DNA of 64,000 nucleotides from an uncultured virus (IMG/VR IMGVR_UViG_3300033148_003715). Its lineage: Duplodnaviria > Heunggongvirae > Uroviricota > Caudoviricetes. Positions 57,301 through 64,000 of the stretch are shown here, piece after piece. Both the position numbers and the translations under genes were made by a program. The DNA is taken from the IMG/VR virus record IMGVR_UViG_3300033148_003715; one strand, 5' to 3'. The notes below the pieces were generated by a model that saw only the letters and a program-made list of their open reading frames with translations, ran no database searches and was not told the origin of the DNA. Every line of letters begins with the position of its first letter. The first letter of the stretch is position 1.

Positions 57301-57712
57301 CGATCGCGAGAGGGAGCTGATTGGGTTTGCGTTCTCCTGGTGGGGGTCTAATCAGAAGGGAGAGCTGAGAGAACAGGAAGGGCTCGAGACGATTGCCTGG
57401 CACGAAGAGGAAGACGTGACTCGGACGGAGATCCTGGCCGAGGTGACGAGGGCAAAGATCCACAAGAGCAAGCGCGGCCCTATGGCGTTCCTGACCCTGG
57501 CTGACGAGACCGGGTTGATCGAGAATGTGACGATCTTCGCCGAGCAGTGGAAGCACTACCGGGACCGTCTCAAGCCCGGGAGGATCGTGGTGATCCGCCT
57601 CAGACGGCGCGAGAGCACCAACCCACGCTACGGCGAGTTCAGCTACTACCTGGACGACCGCGCCGACGAGCAGGTCGAGCCCGCACAGCGCGCCCTCAGG
57701 AGAGGTAGGTGA
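54329..57712 (+). CDS. dnaE: DNA polymerase III alpha subunit (family C)
   Basis: PHP motifs HTHDEYS.KDG, TNHG, DVHY; GPGRGSAGGSL, LLFERFL, PPDIDLD, KLDILG, GVFQL, YGFPKAH; C-terminal OB fold. Confidence 0.96.
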   Translation: MARKKTFFPMLHTHDEYSIKDGCSTVETYAKIVKGLGGDSLAVTNHGQAAGFARQWFACKDQGIKPIFGLEAYLCEDRHSTVRDVLVELRKKDKKAKGKDLSIRAKIAKADAFLKERFRPSPHSVLLAQTREGYRNLVRVSSDSWQRGFYYVPRTDTAFLAEHAEGLAYSTACMGGYIPKLARDDPEKALREARRLQKAFEGRFYVELLMTEYGPQRESNQAMLELAHEIGARTILTCDVHYARPRDSKAQDTLLLMRDKKTIKDRETGGEVWQFETKDLYWKTLERVVECWRDHHGDYLDRKTFKRSVRNTYALAESIEHIEFDTSLKLPGVFENPQATLRELVVVGLRLRVARGEVPASGKTRRDYVDRIKRELTVVNVKGFAEYFLVLHDVCDHARKIGSRMGPGRGSAGGSLLAFLLRITEIDPLRFSLLFERFLDENRPDPPDIDLDFSPEHRDAIKQYVQDQYPATATIGSFGTFKPRTTIQNVARVYGLDHREVLKITKPLGTDADKKTWDEVFDLWPEVEEFADDNPEAWEVIKTLRGLISHRGKNAAGVLIAPASALDEIPMIVEPDTGQVVTAFPDSQGDGVTYHGRELTRLGYLKLDILGVRNLNIAPLAAEILERETGEMVDLSVSSMPLDDAPTLATASTAVVPGVFQLDSATTRPILKHVGVDSFIDLVMVTALCRPGPLKHEIHREFSRLKRAGGEWKRGLHPKLVPLLRESRGLMILQEDVMAVVQVLGGLTFGEANMVRKVIGKKLDPAAFKPWWEKFLEGGLALDHSKEELEGTWSKIVTFARYGFPKAHGVAYMLTSYQQLYMLTHHPLFYFAALLAQTPRSKKTNWGEEKLVGFMRSAMGGSLSVLGPDARAGSIEFDVEDGAIRFGLSKIKGVASAAEAVLAARPFSTLSEFHDKIEKKKANARVVKALIYSGALDGLRLGRGLERAEHEAREQGVFPEEIEWRNVLIAGYHALRKTKGDPDVFLSGSLLDRERELIGFAFSWWGSNQKGELREQEGLETIAWHEEEDVTRTEILAEVTRAKIHKSKRGPMAFLTLADETGLIENVTIFAEQWKHYRDRLKPGRIVVIRLRRRESTNPRYGEFSYYLDDRADEQVEPAQRALRRGR

Positions 57713-58332
57713 GCGAGTGCCAGGTCTGCCGCGGCTCACGGCACGTCTGGGACAAGGAGGCCGGGTCGTGGGTGTCGTGCGAGTGCCTACAGACCGAGCG
57801 AGCCCTGGCCCGGTACCGGTCGGCCGGGGTGCCGACCTGGCTCGAGGGGATGACGTGGCGGAGTTTCCTCGATTCACATCAGGTCTCGGACCCGGCTACG
57901 CTTCTTCGAATCGCAGCCAAGCTCAGGCGGGGTGAGCTACCGTGCGAGGGTCTCCTCGTTCACGGGAGGCCATCGCGGTCCAGAACCACGGCCGCGGCTC
58001 TCGTGCTCAGGTCCGCGTGTGATGCCGGGCTCGGGGTCCACTCAGTCACGATTCCGGCCTTGATCGACATCGAGTTTGACCGTGACCGCTCGCATCCCGA
58101 GGCTCTCGAGGCTGACGTGTTGTCGATCAGGTGCGGGGGCGAACCCGCGCACAAGTGGAACGGCTACGTCCTCGAGAAGGTGTTCCGATCCAGGGCCACA
58201 GCGGGCCTGTTCACCATGGTCGTCGCGGATCGTGATCCGGGTAGGCTCGAGGCCCTTTATAGGTCTGGTACGGTCGCGGACACGCTCAGACAATTCGTCA
58301 AGACACGGGTCGCCCCGGAGGGAGTCGAGTGA
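57709..58332 (+). CDS. DnaC/IstB-like helicase loader with degenerate P-loop
   Basis: N-terminal CQVC...CEC; LLVHGRPSRSRTT in place of GxxGxGKT; precedes DnaB. Confidence 0.55.
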   Translation: MSECQVCRGSRHVWDKEAGSWVSCECLQTERALARYRSAGVPTWLEGMTWRSFLDSHQVSDPATLLRIAAKLRRGELPCEGLLVHGRPSRSRTTAAALVLRSACDAGLGVHSVTIPALIDIEFDRDRSHPEALEADVLSIRCGGEPAHKWNGYVLEKVFRSRATAGLFTMVVADRDPGRLEALYRSGTVADTLRQFVKTRVAPEGVE

Positions 58333-59693
58333 GCGAGGCCGAGCACACCGTTATAGCCGGGATCCTCCAGTCGTCGTCGAGGCTGGCCGACGTTGGAGGG
58401 CTGCGCCCAGAGTTCTTCGGACTCAAGGAGACCAGGGCCCTGTTCGAGTACGCGACTGCCTACCACCGCAAGCGCGGGAGGAAGAACGCCCTCGACATTC
58501 CCCTGGCGCGGTCGAGGCTGGAGGCGTCCAAGTCCAAGATTGCCCTGGCCTTGCTGGAGTTGGTCGACGACTACTCGGACCAGGAGCCCGTCACGGAGGC
58601 GGAGTTCAAGGACGCCCTCGAGGTCCTGGCCTCCGAGAGGAGGCACCACGTCTTGCGCCGGCACGGGGCCGCGGCCCTGGAGGCGGTGATCGAGGGAGAC
58701 CTGGACGCGGCCACGAGGCGCATGAGGCGAGGCTTGGTCGAGGCGGGCGACGCGAGCCTTGACGACGACTCCCCCGTCGACGTCAGGTCCAAGAGGGAGA
58801 TCGCCGAGGAGAAGCGTCTGCTCGAGCCCCCCGAGGAGGGGGAGGAGGAGCAGAGTTTCGACGTCGGCTTCCCGCGGATCACGAGGGCCGTCTCGCTGCG
58901 CCGCAGGGAGCTGACGATCCTCGGGGGATATAGCTCGGACGGGAAGAGCCAGTGGTCGAAGGCGCTCGTCTACAACGCCTCGCGCCTGAGCAGGGCCAAC
59001 GTCCTCTTCGTCGCGCTGGAGATGAGCCGGAGGGAGATGCGCGTCCTGTTCGTGGCCCAGCACGCGGCGTCCCTCGACCGGCGCGGCGTCGACTACCGGG
59101 CGATCCTGGAGAGGAACGCGAGCGCGGACGACAGGAAGCTCTATCGGCGGGCCCTCGATGAGTTCGGCATCGAGGGCCACGAGGACCAGGAGGAGATCCG
59201 CTCCGAGGCCGGGGCGCTGATCGTGTGGTCGCCGAACAAGCGGATCAACATGGACGACTTCACCGACCGCATTCGGGCCATGCGGCGCGACGCCGGGATC
59301 GACATTGTCGTTGGCGACTTCCTAGAGCTGATCCAGCCGAGCCGCAACCTTGGGCAGTACAGGCTCAACCTGAAGGACATGGTCGAGGAGAGCAAGGCGC
59401 TCGCCCGCGAGGAGGGGGTGTGGATGATCCTCAACCACCAGATCAGTCGGAAGGGCAGAGACGACGCAGAGAAGAGGAAGCCCAGGCCCTACTATCTGAT
59501 GCGCGACCTGGGGGAGACGAGTGGGATCGAGCGCGCGGCCGACTCATTCCTCTGGGTCTACTACGACGAGGACCTCGAGGACGACCGCGAGGCCATCGTG
59601 GGTGTCGGCAAGGCTCGGAAGGGACGGAAGATCGTGCGAGGTTTTCCGGTGTTCGCCAACTACTCACGCGCCCTGATCGCGGAGATTGACTAG
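58329..59693 (+). CDS. dnaB: Replicative DNA helicase (DnaB-like)
   Basis: ELTILGGYSSDGKS, VLFVALEMS, VVGDFLELI, HQISR, DLGETSGIERAAD, KARKG. Confidence 0.88.
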   Translation: MSEAEHTVIAGILQSSSRLADVGGLRPEFFGLKETRALFEYATAYHRKRGRKNALDIPLARSRLEASKSKIALALLELVDDYSDQEPVTEAEFKDALEVLASERRHHVLRRHGAAALEAVIEGDLDAATRRMRRGLVEAGDASLDDDSPVDVRSKREIAEEKRLLEPPEEGEEEQSFDVGFPRITRAVSLRRRELTILGGYSSDGKSQWSKALVYNASRLSRANVLFVALEMSRREMRVLFVAQHAASLDRRGVDYRAILERNASADDRKLYRRALDEFGIEGHEDQEEIRSEAGALIVWSPNKRINMDDFTDRIRAMRRDAGIDIVVGDFLELIQPSRNLGQYRLNLKDMVEESKALAREEGVWMILNHQISRKGRDDAEKRKPRPYYLMRDLGETSGIERAADSFLWVYYDEDLEDDREAIVGVGKARKGRKIVRGFPVFANYSRALIAEID

Positions 59694-60200
59694 GTGTCGT
59701 GGAAGTGCCCGACTTGTGGCCCGGTCGACGCCCCCATGTTCGGCGAGGACGAGCAGTTTCATTGCTCCAAAGTGGGCTGCGACGAGGTCGTCTCGATCCT
59801 CTCGGAGGCCGAGAGGATCGCCGCGCAGGGCTGGAAGAAGTTCAGTATCGGTCCTGGGCCGAGGAGGAACCACGCGAAGGAGGAGCAGGACAGCAGGACT
59901 GCGACGGCCGAGGGTAAGAGGATCCTGGCCAACATGGCCGCACGGAACGAGGCAAGATCGAGAGGAACGACGATCGTGAAGAAGACCAAGAAGAAGGCTG
60001 GAGTCAAGGACCAGAAGAAGTCGGCGGCGGCCAAGAAGAAGCCCGACGCGACCTCGGCCGAGGTCGCGGCGATCGAGACCTGCCTCCGCGCGCTCGAGGG
60101 ACTTGACGCGGCCGAGTCGGTGATTCGCTACGTGGCTCGCCGGCACGGTCTCTCGGTCCTCGCCGTTGGACAGAACGCGACCTCGACTCGCGCCCTATAG
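59694..60200 (+). CDS. Hypothetical Zn-ribbon protein with Lys-rich linker
   Basis: CPTCG...HCSKVGC. Confidence 0.6.
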   Translation: MSWKCPTCGPVDAPMFGEDEQFHCSKVGCDEVVSILSEAERIAAQGWKKFSIGPGPRRNHAKEEQDSRTATAEGKRILANMAARNEARSRGTTIVKKTKKKAGVKDQKKSAAAKKKPDATSAEVAAIETCLRALEGLDAAESVIRYVARRHGLSVLAVGQNATSTRAL

Positions 60201-60218
60201 GTTTGGGATATCCCAAAC
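60201..60218. promoter_or_regulatory. 18-bp palindrome, copy 10 (perfect), filling the whole intergenic gap
   Basis: TAG|GTTTGGGATATCCCAAAC|ATG. Confidence 0.85.
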
Positions 60219-60875
60219 ATGGGTGAGGTCGGGAGGAGGATCGCGCGAATCAAGCTGGTTCCGTTCGAGGACGCCCTCAGGACGGTCGCCCCCGCCTGGC
60301 TCGAGATCCCCGACTCGCTCCCGGCGATGATCGAGTGTCCGCTCCCCGACCACGATGACGTGACTCCCTCGTGTTGGGTCCAGCCGCACCGCTGGCACTG
60401 CTTCGGGTGTGGTTGCGGTGGCGATGTTTTGGATCTGGTCCAGGGGTTGATCGGGGTGGAAGTCGTCGCGGCCCTCCGGGTGGTCGAGCACGCACTCGGG
60501 TTCCGTCAGGGCGAGGACGAGGAGCTGTTCGAGCTGCTCGCCAGGTCTCGGGCCCGGCCGAGTCCGACCATCGATCGCCGTTCCTGGGAGGCCGAGTTGG
60601 AGCAGATCGAGCGAGACTACTTTGATCGGGTCCGCCCCTATCTGAGGTGTCGTGATCCGATCGTCTCGGGTCGGGCCTGGTCGGTTTCCGATTACGTCTT
60701 CGCCCGGCTCGCTCTCGCGGCCTGGCCGGTCCCGAAGACCGCGCGCCGAGCCCGTGAGGTGACGCGCCGGCTCCGGTCGTGGTCGCAGGCCTACGCGGCC
60801 GGGCTCGAGGCGGACGTCGAGAGGATCACGGGCAAGGATCGCCTGGATGTCTCGCTCCAGCATTGGCTGCAATAG
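60219..60875 (+). CDS. CHC2 zinc-finger protein (primase Zn-binding domain only)
   Basis: CPLPDHDDVTPSC...WHCFGCGCGGDVLDLV; no TOPRIM domain visible. Confidence 0.8.
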   Translation: MGEVGRRIARIKLVPFEDALRTVAPAWLEIPDSLPAMIECPLPDHDDVTPSCWVQPHRWHCFGCGCGGDVLDLVQGLIGVEVVAALRVVEHALGFRQGEDEELFELLARSRARPSPTIDRRSWEAELEQIERDYFDRVRPYLRCRDPIVSGRAWSVSDYVFARLALAAWPVPKTARRAREVTRRLRSWSQAYAAGLEADVERITGKDRLDVSLQHWLQ

Positions 60876-60912
60876 GGTTACAACCTTCTCGGGATCTTTC
60901 TGGTTTCACCCC

Positions 60913-60941
60913 TTGTGGGGTGGGTATGACCCGGCTATAAC
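60913..60941 (+). promoter_or_regulatory. Sigma70-like promoter, probably leaderless transcript
   Basis: TTGTGG-17 nt-TATAAC; ATG 60948 lies 7 nt downstream with no SD. Confidence 0.6.
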
Positions 60942-60947
60942 GTGGGT

Positions 60948-61370
60948 ATGAGCAGCACAACCAAGACCCGCCGCCGACCCAAGAACATGGCCGAGAAGAA
61001 CCTGACCTGCTCGCGCTGCAAGGGCACCGGCTACGTCGACTCCCCCGTCCTCTACGCGGGCCGCCCCGGTGGCTGCTTCAAGTGCGCCACCCGCGGAACG
61101 GTCCCGAACCGGGCCAAGCAGTACCGGCTCGACCTCGAGGAGGCCCGCTCCAACCTGGTCGAGGCTCAGAAGGATGTCCCCGAGGCTCGCAGGCTGATCG
61201 AGGAGGCGGTCGTGGCGAAGCGGGCCCGCTATGAGGCCAAGGGGACGGAGTTCACCGCCAAGCGCGAGGCCAGCTACCGCGGGCGGCTCCAGAGCGACGT
61301 CGACCGTGCCTTGAAGGCCCTCTCTTACCGCGAGGCCGAGCTGGCCGCCTTTGTCGACGAGGGGATTTAG
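60948..61370 (+). CDS. Hypothetical protein with CxxCxGxG zinc motifs
   Basis: CSRCKGTG...CFKCATRG then coiled coil. Confidence 0.7.
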   Translation: MSSTTKTRRRPKNMAEKNLTCSRCKGTGYVDSPVLYAGRPGGCFKCATRGTVPNRAKQYRLDLEEARSNLVEAQKDVPEARRLIEEAVVAKRARYEAKGTEFTAKREASYRGRLQSDVDRALKALSYREAELAAFVDEGI

Positions 61371-61411
61371 TTGTAAGGGCGACGAATAAGAACAACACGA
61401 AGGAGACAACC

Positions 61412-61864
61412 ATGAAGAAGCAGACCAAGCTCGATCGCGCCCAGATCCTCATCCTCGCCAATTCCGAGGAGGGAGGGTCGGTCAGTGTCTCGAGCCGGTA
61501 TGGTGGGCCGAGCTGGGCCGAGGGTACCGGCATCGGGCTCGGGACCATTCAGCGGGCCGCGAAGATCCTCGAGGATCGGGACCTGCTCCGCACCCCCGGC
61601 TACAACAACCGGTCGAGCCACTACCACCGGACGACCGAGGCCGAGCGGCGCGAGGCTCGCGAGGTCACCCACCGCCGCCACGCCGCCGACGCCGAGTCGA
61701 AGGACGTCCGGGCCACCCTCGAGGGCCACGGGGTTGAGACCAAGAAGGACTACGGGACCGACATCATCATGACCGCCGCCAACGCCCGCAAGCTCCTCGC
61801 CCTGATCGGGTCCAGCGCGGACGCCGAGACCCTCGCAGCGGTCCGGGCCCTGCTCACCAAGTAA
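61412..61864 (+). CDS. Hypothetical protein
   Basis: AAGGAG RBS. Confidence 0.7.
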   Translation: MKKQTKLDRAQILILANSEEGGSVSVSSRYGGPSWAEGTGIGLGTIQRAAKILEDRDLLRTPGYNNRSSHYHRTTEAERREAREVTHRRHAADAESKDVRATLEGHGVETKKDYGTDIIMTAANARKLLALIGSSADAETLAAVRALLTK

Positions 61865-61916
61865 CCAAGCCCAGAAGGCGACCGACAAGGAGGCGACTAT
61901 GACCAAGTAGTCGGCA

Positions 61917-61980
61917 GCGTGTCTAAGGCGGATTGGCCCTCGGGGGTCGGTGACGGGTTCGACTCCCGTGGCGCGCGTCA
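61917..61980 (+). ncRNA. tRNA-like element lacking a D-arm and a canonical anticodon loop
   Basis: Acceptor-like stem GCGTGTC/GGCGCGC, T-arm ACGGG-TTCGACT-CCCGT, central 8-bp hairpin, 3' G-TCA. Confidence 0.5.
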
Positions 61981-62009
61981 ACCCTGATTAGTAGACCAAG
62001 GAGAAGGCT

Positions 62010-62411
62010 ATGAAGACCACCACGACCCAGAAGATCATGAACGCGATCCGGGACCTGCATGACTCGACCCCGAAGATCGTCGCCGCGACCGGCCTGGCGG
62101 CCTCGACGGTCCGGCGCAATCTGTCCGTCCTGCGCGAGTCCGGCCAGATCGTCGCGGCCGGTCAGGCCCGGCCCCGGGGCTACACCTACTCGCTCCCGAC
62201 CCCGGAGCCCATGCCGGAGTTCGTCACCACCGCCACCCCGGAGGAGACGATCATCGCCACCCTCGAGGCCCCGACCCCGTTCGGCCTCATCGCGGCCCGG
62301 ACCCGGATCAAGCGGGTTCGGCTCCAGGCCGTCCTGGTCCTGCTCGTCCAGGACGGGAAGCTGATCCGGGAGCGGATCAGCGGCGGCTGGGTCTACCAGC
62401 GGACCGCGTGA
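62010..62411 (+). CDS. Tandem winged-HTH DNA-binding protein
   Basis: STPKIVAATGLAASTVRRNLSVLRESGQIV; second repeat IAARTRI....LQAVL..LVQDGKL. Confidence 0.7.
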   Translation: MKTTTTQKIMNAIRDLHDSTPKIVAATGLAASTVRRNLSVLRESGQIVAAGQARPRGYTYSLPTPEPMPEFVTTATPEETIIATLEAPTPFGLIAARTRIKRVRLQAVLVLLVQDGKLIRERISGGWVYQRTA

Positions 62412-62525
62412 CCCCTCAGGGGCCGCTCACAGGTCTCGATCTCCCCCTGGGGGGATCCGGGCCTGTCGGGCGAGATCGTGCGCGAGGCGAGCCCGGAGAG
62501 CGTCACAGGGCACGCCCGGGAGAAG

Positions 62526-62543
62526 GTTTGGGATATCCCAAAC
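62526..62543. promoter_or_regulatory. 18-bp palindrome, copy 11 (perfect)
   Basis: GTTTGGGATATCCCAAAC; a second palindrome GACCCCCCGGGGGGTC follows at 62549-62564. Confidence 0.85.
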
Positions 62544-62582
62544 TCCTTGACCCCCCGGGGGGTCTACTTGGGAGAGGAGACC

Positions 62583-62750
62583 ATGGTCGATCAGGAGAGA
62601 TGGAAGAGGGTTAGGAGGGCCGCCAAGGTTAGGCGAGACACGCTCCTCAGGGAGTTGTTCGAGGCCGAGGAGCGCGGCAACTCGACTCGAGTCGAGATTC
62701 TGCGGATAGGGATCTCAACCGCCGACCGAGAGGCGAGGGGGGAGGCGTGA
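62583..62750 (+). CDS. Small hypothetical protein
   Basis: ATG 62583 with GAGGAG RBS; GTGA overlap with the next gene. Confidence 0.6.
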   Translation: MVDQERWKRVRRAAKVRRDTLLRELFEAEERGNSTRVEILRIGISTADREARGEA

Positions 62751-63856
62751 TCGCCGAAGGGGAGTTTACCCTGCACGAGATCCGGGCCCAGCAGGTCAGG
62801 CTCGACCAGATCACGTCCCGGCTCGGGACGTTTCGGGAGTCGCTCTCCTTCAAGAGGGCCACGGCCGCCGCGGGGGAGACGGAGGCCGAGGCCCGCACGC
62901 TCGGCGAGGCCCTCAAGGTCGAGGAGTTCCGCGAGGCCCTCGAGGCGTACTCGACGGCGCGGGATAGGGAGCGGCAGGCCCAGAAGGCGTTCAACCGATG
63001 TCGTCGCACCAGGAGGGGCGGCTACACCGAGACCGGCGAGACCAGGAGGAACGAGCTGGCTGGGGCTCAGTCGAGGCTCAACTCGGAGCGCCTGCGCGTC
63101 CTGGACCTGGCCGACCGCCACGGGGTCCCGGTCAACCTCGCGGCCTACGGCTCGGGGTCGCTCCTAAGTGACCTCAAGTGGCGACTCAAGAATCTGATCG
63201 CCAGTTACCGGGACGGGGATCTCCCGGCCCTGATCTCCGGCACCGAGAGGGAGGAGCGCGAGTTCCGCGAGGCCCTGGACGCCATGCGGGGATCCCAGAT
63301 CACGCCCAAGCGGGTCCGCCTGTTCGGACTCTACCTGAGCCTGAAGGCGCAGAAGACCCTCGTCAAGCTCTCGGCCGGGTACCAGCCCAAGAAGAAGACG
63401 ATCGAGAATCAGGCGGCGACCTATGACGTCCTCGTTGACCTTGGCATGATCGAGCGGACAAGCCGGGTCTCGGTCGAGGACTTCGGGAGGGACGTCGCGG
63501 AGTGGCTTGAGCTGAACGTGTTGGTCCCGGATGTCAAGACCGCGGAGGCCAGGTCGGTCCCGCTGCGCGACGTCAAGAAGGCATTCACGGAGGACGAGCG
63601 GGGAGACATGGTGACTCGGGCCAGGACAGAGTTGGCCCGGATCGTCGCGGAGGGCGAGGACGACCTGAGCACGATCCAGCTCGGCGTCGACGGGGCCAGC
63701 TACGAGATCCTCAGGACCCGAGGGGCGCTTAGGTGGTTCCTGCGAATGATCGGTGGTTTGGCGGAGAAGCAGCCAGGCGTGAGAGCCAGGATCCGCTCGA
63801 GGAAGCGCCCTCCCGCGTTCGTCCCAGGGAGGATCGTCAATGTCGGACAGGCGTGA
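62747..63856 (+). CDS. Hypothetical protein
   Basis: 369-aa helical ORF; GGGGGAGG RBS. Confidence 0.7.
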   Translation: MIAEGEFTLHEIRAQQVRLDQITSRLGTFRESLSFKRATAAAGETEAEARTLGEALKVEEFREALEAYSTARDRERQAQKAFNRCRRTRRGGYTETGETRRNELAGAQSRLNSERLRVLDLADRHGVPVNLAAYGSGSLLSDLKWRLKNLIASYRDGDLPALISGTEREEREFREALDAMRGSQITPKRVRLFGLYLSLKAQKTLVKLSAGYQPKKKTIENQAATYDVLVDLGMIERTSRVSVEDFGRDVAEWLELNVLVPDVKTAEARSVPLRDVKKAFTEDERGDMVTRARTELARIVAEGEDDLSTIQLGVDGASYEILRTRGALRWFLRMIGGLAEKQPGVRARIRSRKRPPAFVPGRIVNVGQA

Positions 63857-63892
63857 TATGACCCCTGGTCTGTGGGTGCAACCGTGAGAGAG

Positions 63893-64000
63893 ATGTCGGA
63901 CCAGGACGAGCTGATCGACGCCGCCCGCGAGGTTCTCCTGCACCCGCTCGTCTCCGGGAACGCGGTCGCGCGGAAGCTCCTTGAGTTGCTCGAGGACGAT
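63893..64000 (+). CDS. Hypothetical protein (partial, runs off the window)
   Basis: MSDQDELIDAAREVLLHP..., open to the end of the window. Confidence 0.5.
   Translation, partial: MSDQDELIDAAREVLLHPLVSGNAVARKLLELLEDD

Noticed and set aside
61917..61980. Canonical tRNA gene
   Set aside because: No D-stem, no 7-nt anticodon loop and no encoded CCA; kept only as tRNA-like.
5595..62543. The palindrome copies as a CRISPR array
   Set aside because: Copies are kilobases apart with genes between them; there is no repeat-spacer periodicity and no cas gene.

Overview
The window is 64 kb of a large, high-GC tailed phage or prophage with a contractile tail (myovirus type). No host housekeeping genes, rRNA, CRISPR array or integrase are recognisable. 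Gene order: terminase large subunit (minus strand, cut by the left edge); HNH nuclease; a ParB-fused DNA methyltransferase split by an antisense HNH gene; portal; second ParB-like gene; glycosyltransferase; NDP-sugar epimerase; MuF head protein with a C-terminal HEXXH domain; XkdF-like protease, scaffold and major capsid; about 10 kb of fibre/adhesin genes; neck; sheath; tube; frameshifted chaperone; tape measure; baseplate (with an inserted HNH); tail fibre; then a replication block (SNF2 helicase, DnaE-type polymerase, DnaC-like, DnaB-like, CHC2 zinc finger) and small early-type genes. The strongest unexplained signals are: (1) an 18-bp palindrome GTTTGSGATATCSCAAAC found at 11 dispersed sites; (2) the split methyltransferase, whose halves are joined by a bridge ORF with ATGA overlaps at both ends; (3) ParB-linked modification enzymes flanking the portal; (4) an HNH gene that took over the baseplate J start and is followed by a recoded duplicate of it; (5) a GATTAGAG motif upstream of genes; (6) a D-armless tRNA-like element preceded by a 3-codon minigene. 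All product calls come from motif recognition and gene order by eye; no database search was run. Several start codons were moved from the ORF track using RBS and overlap evidence.
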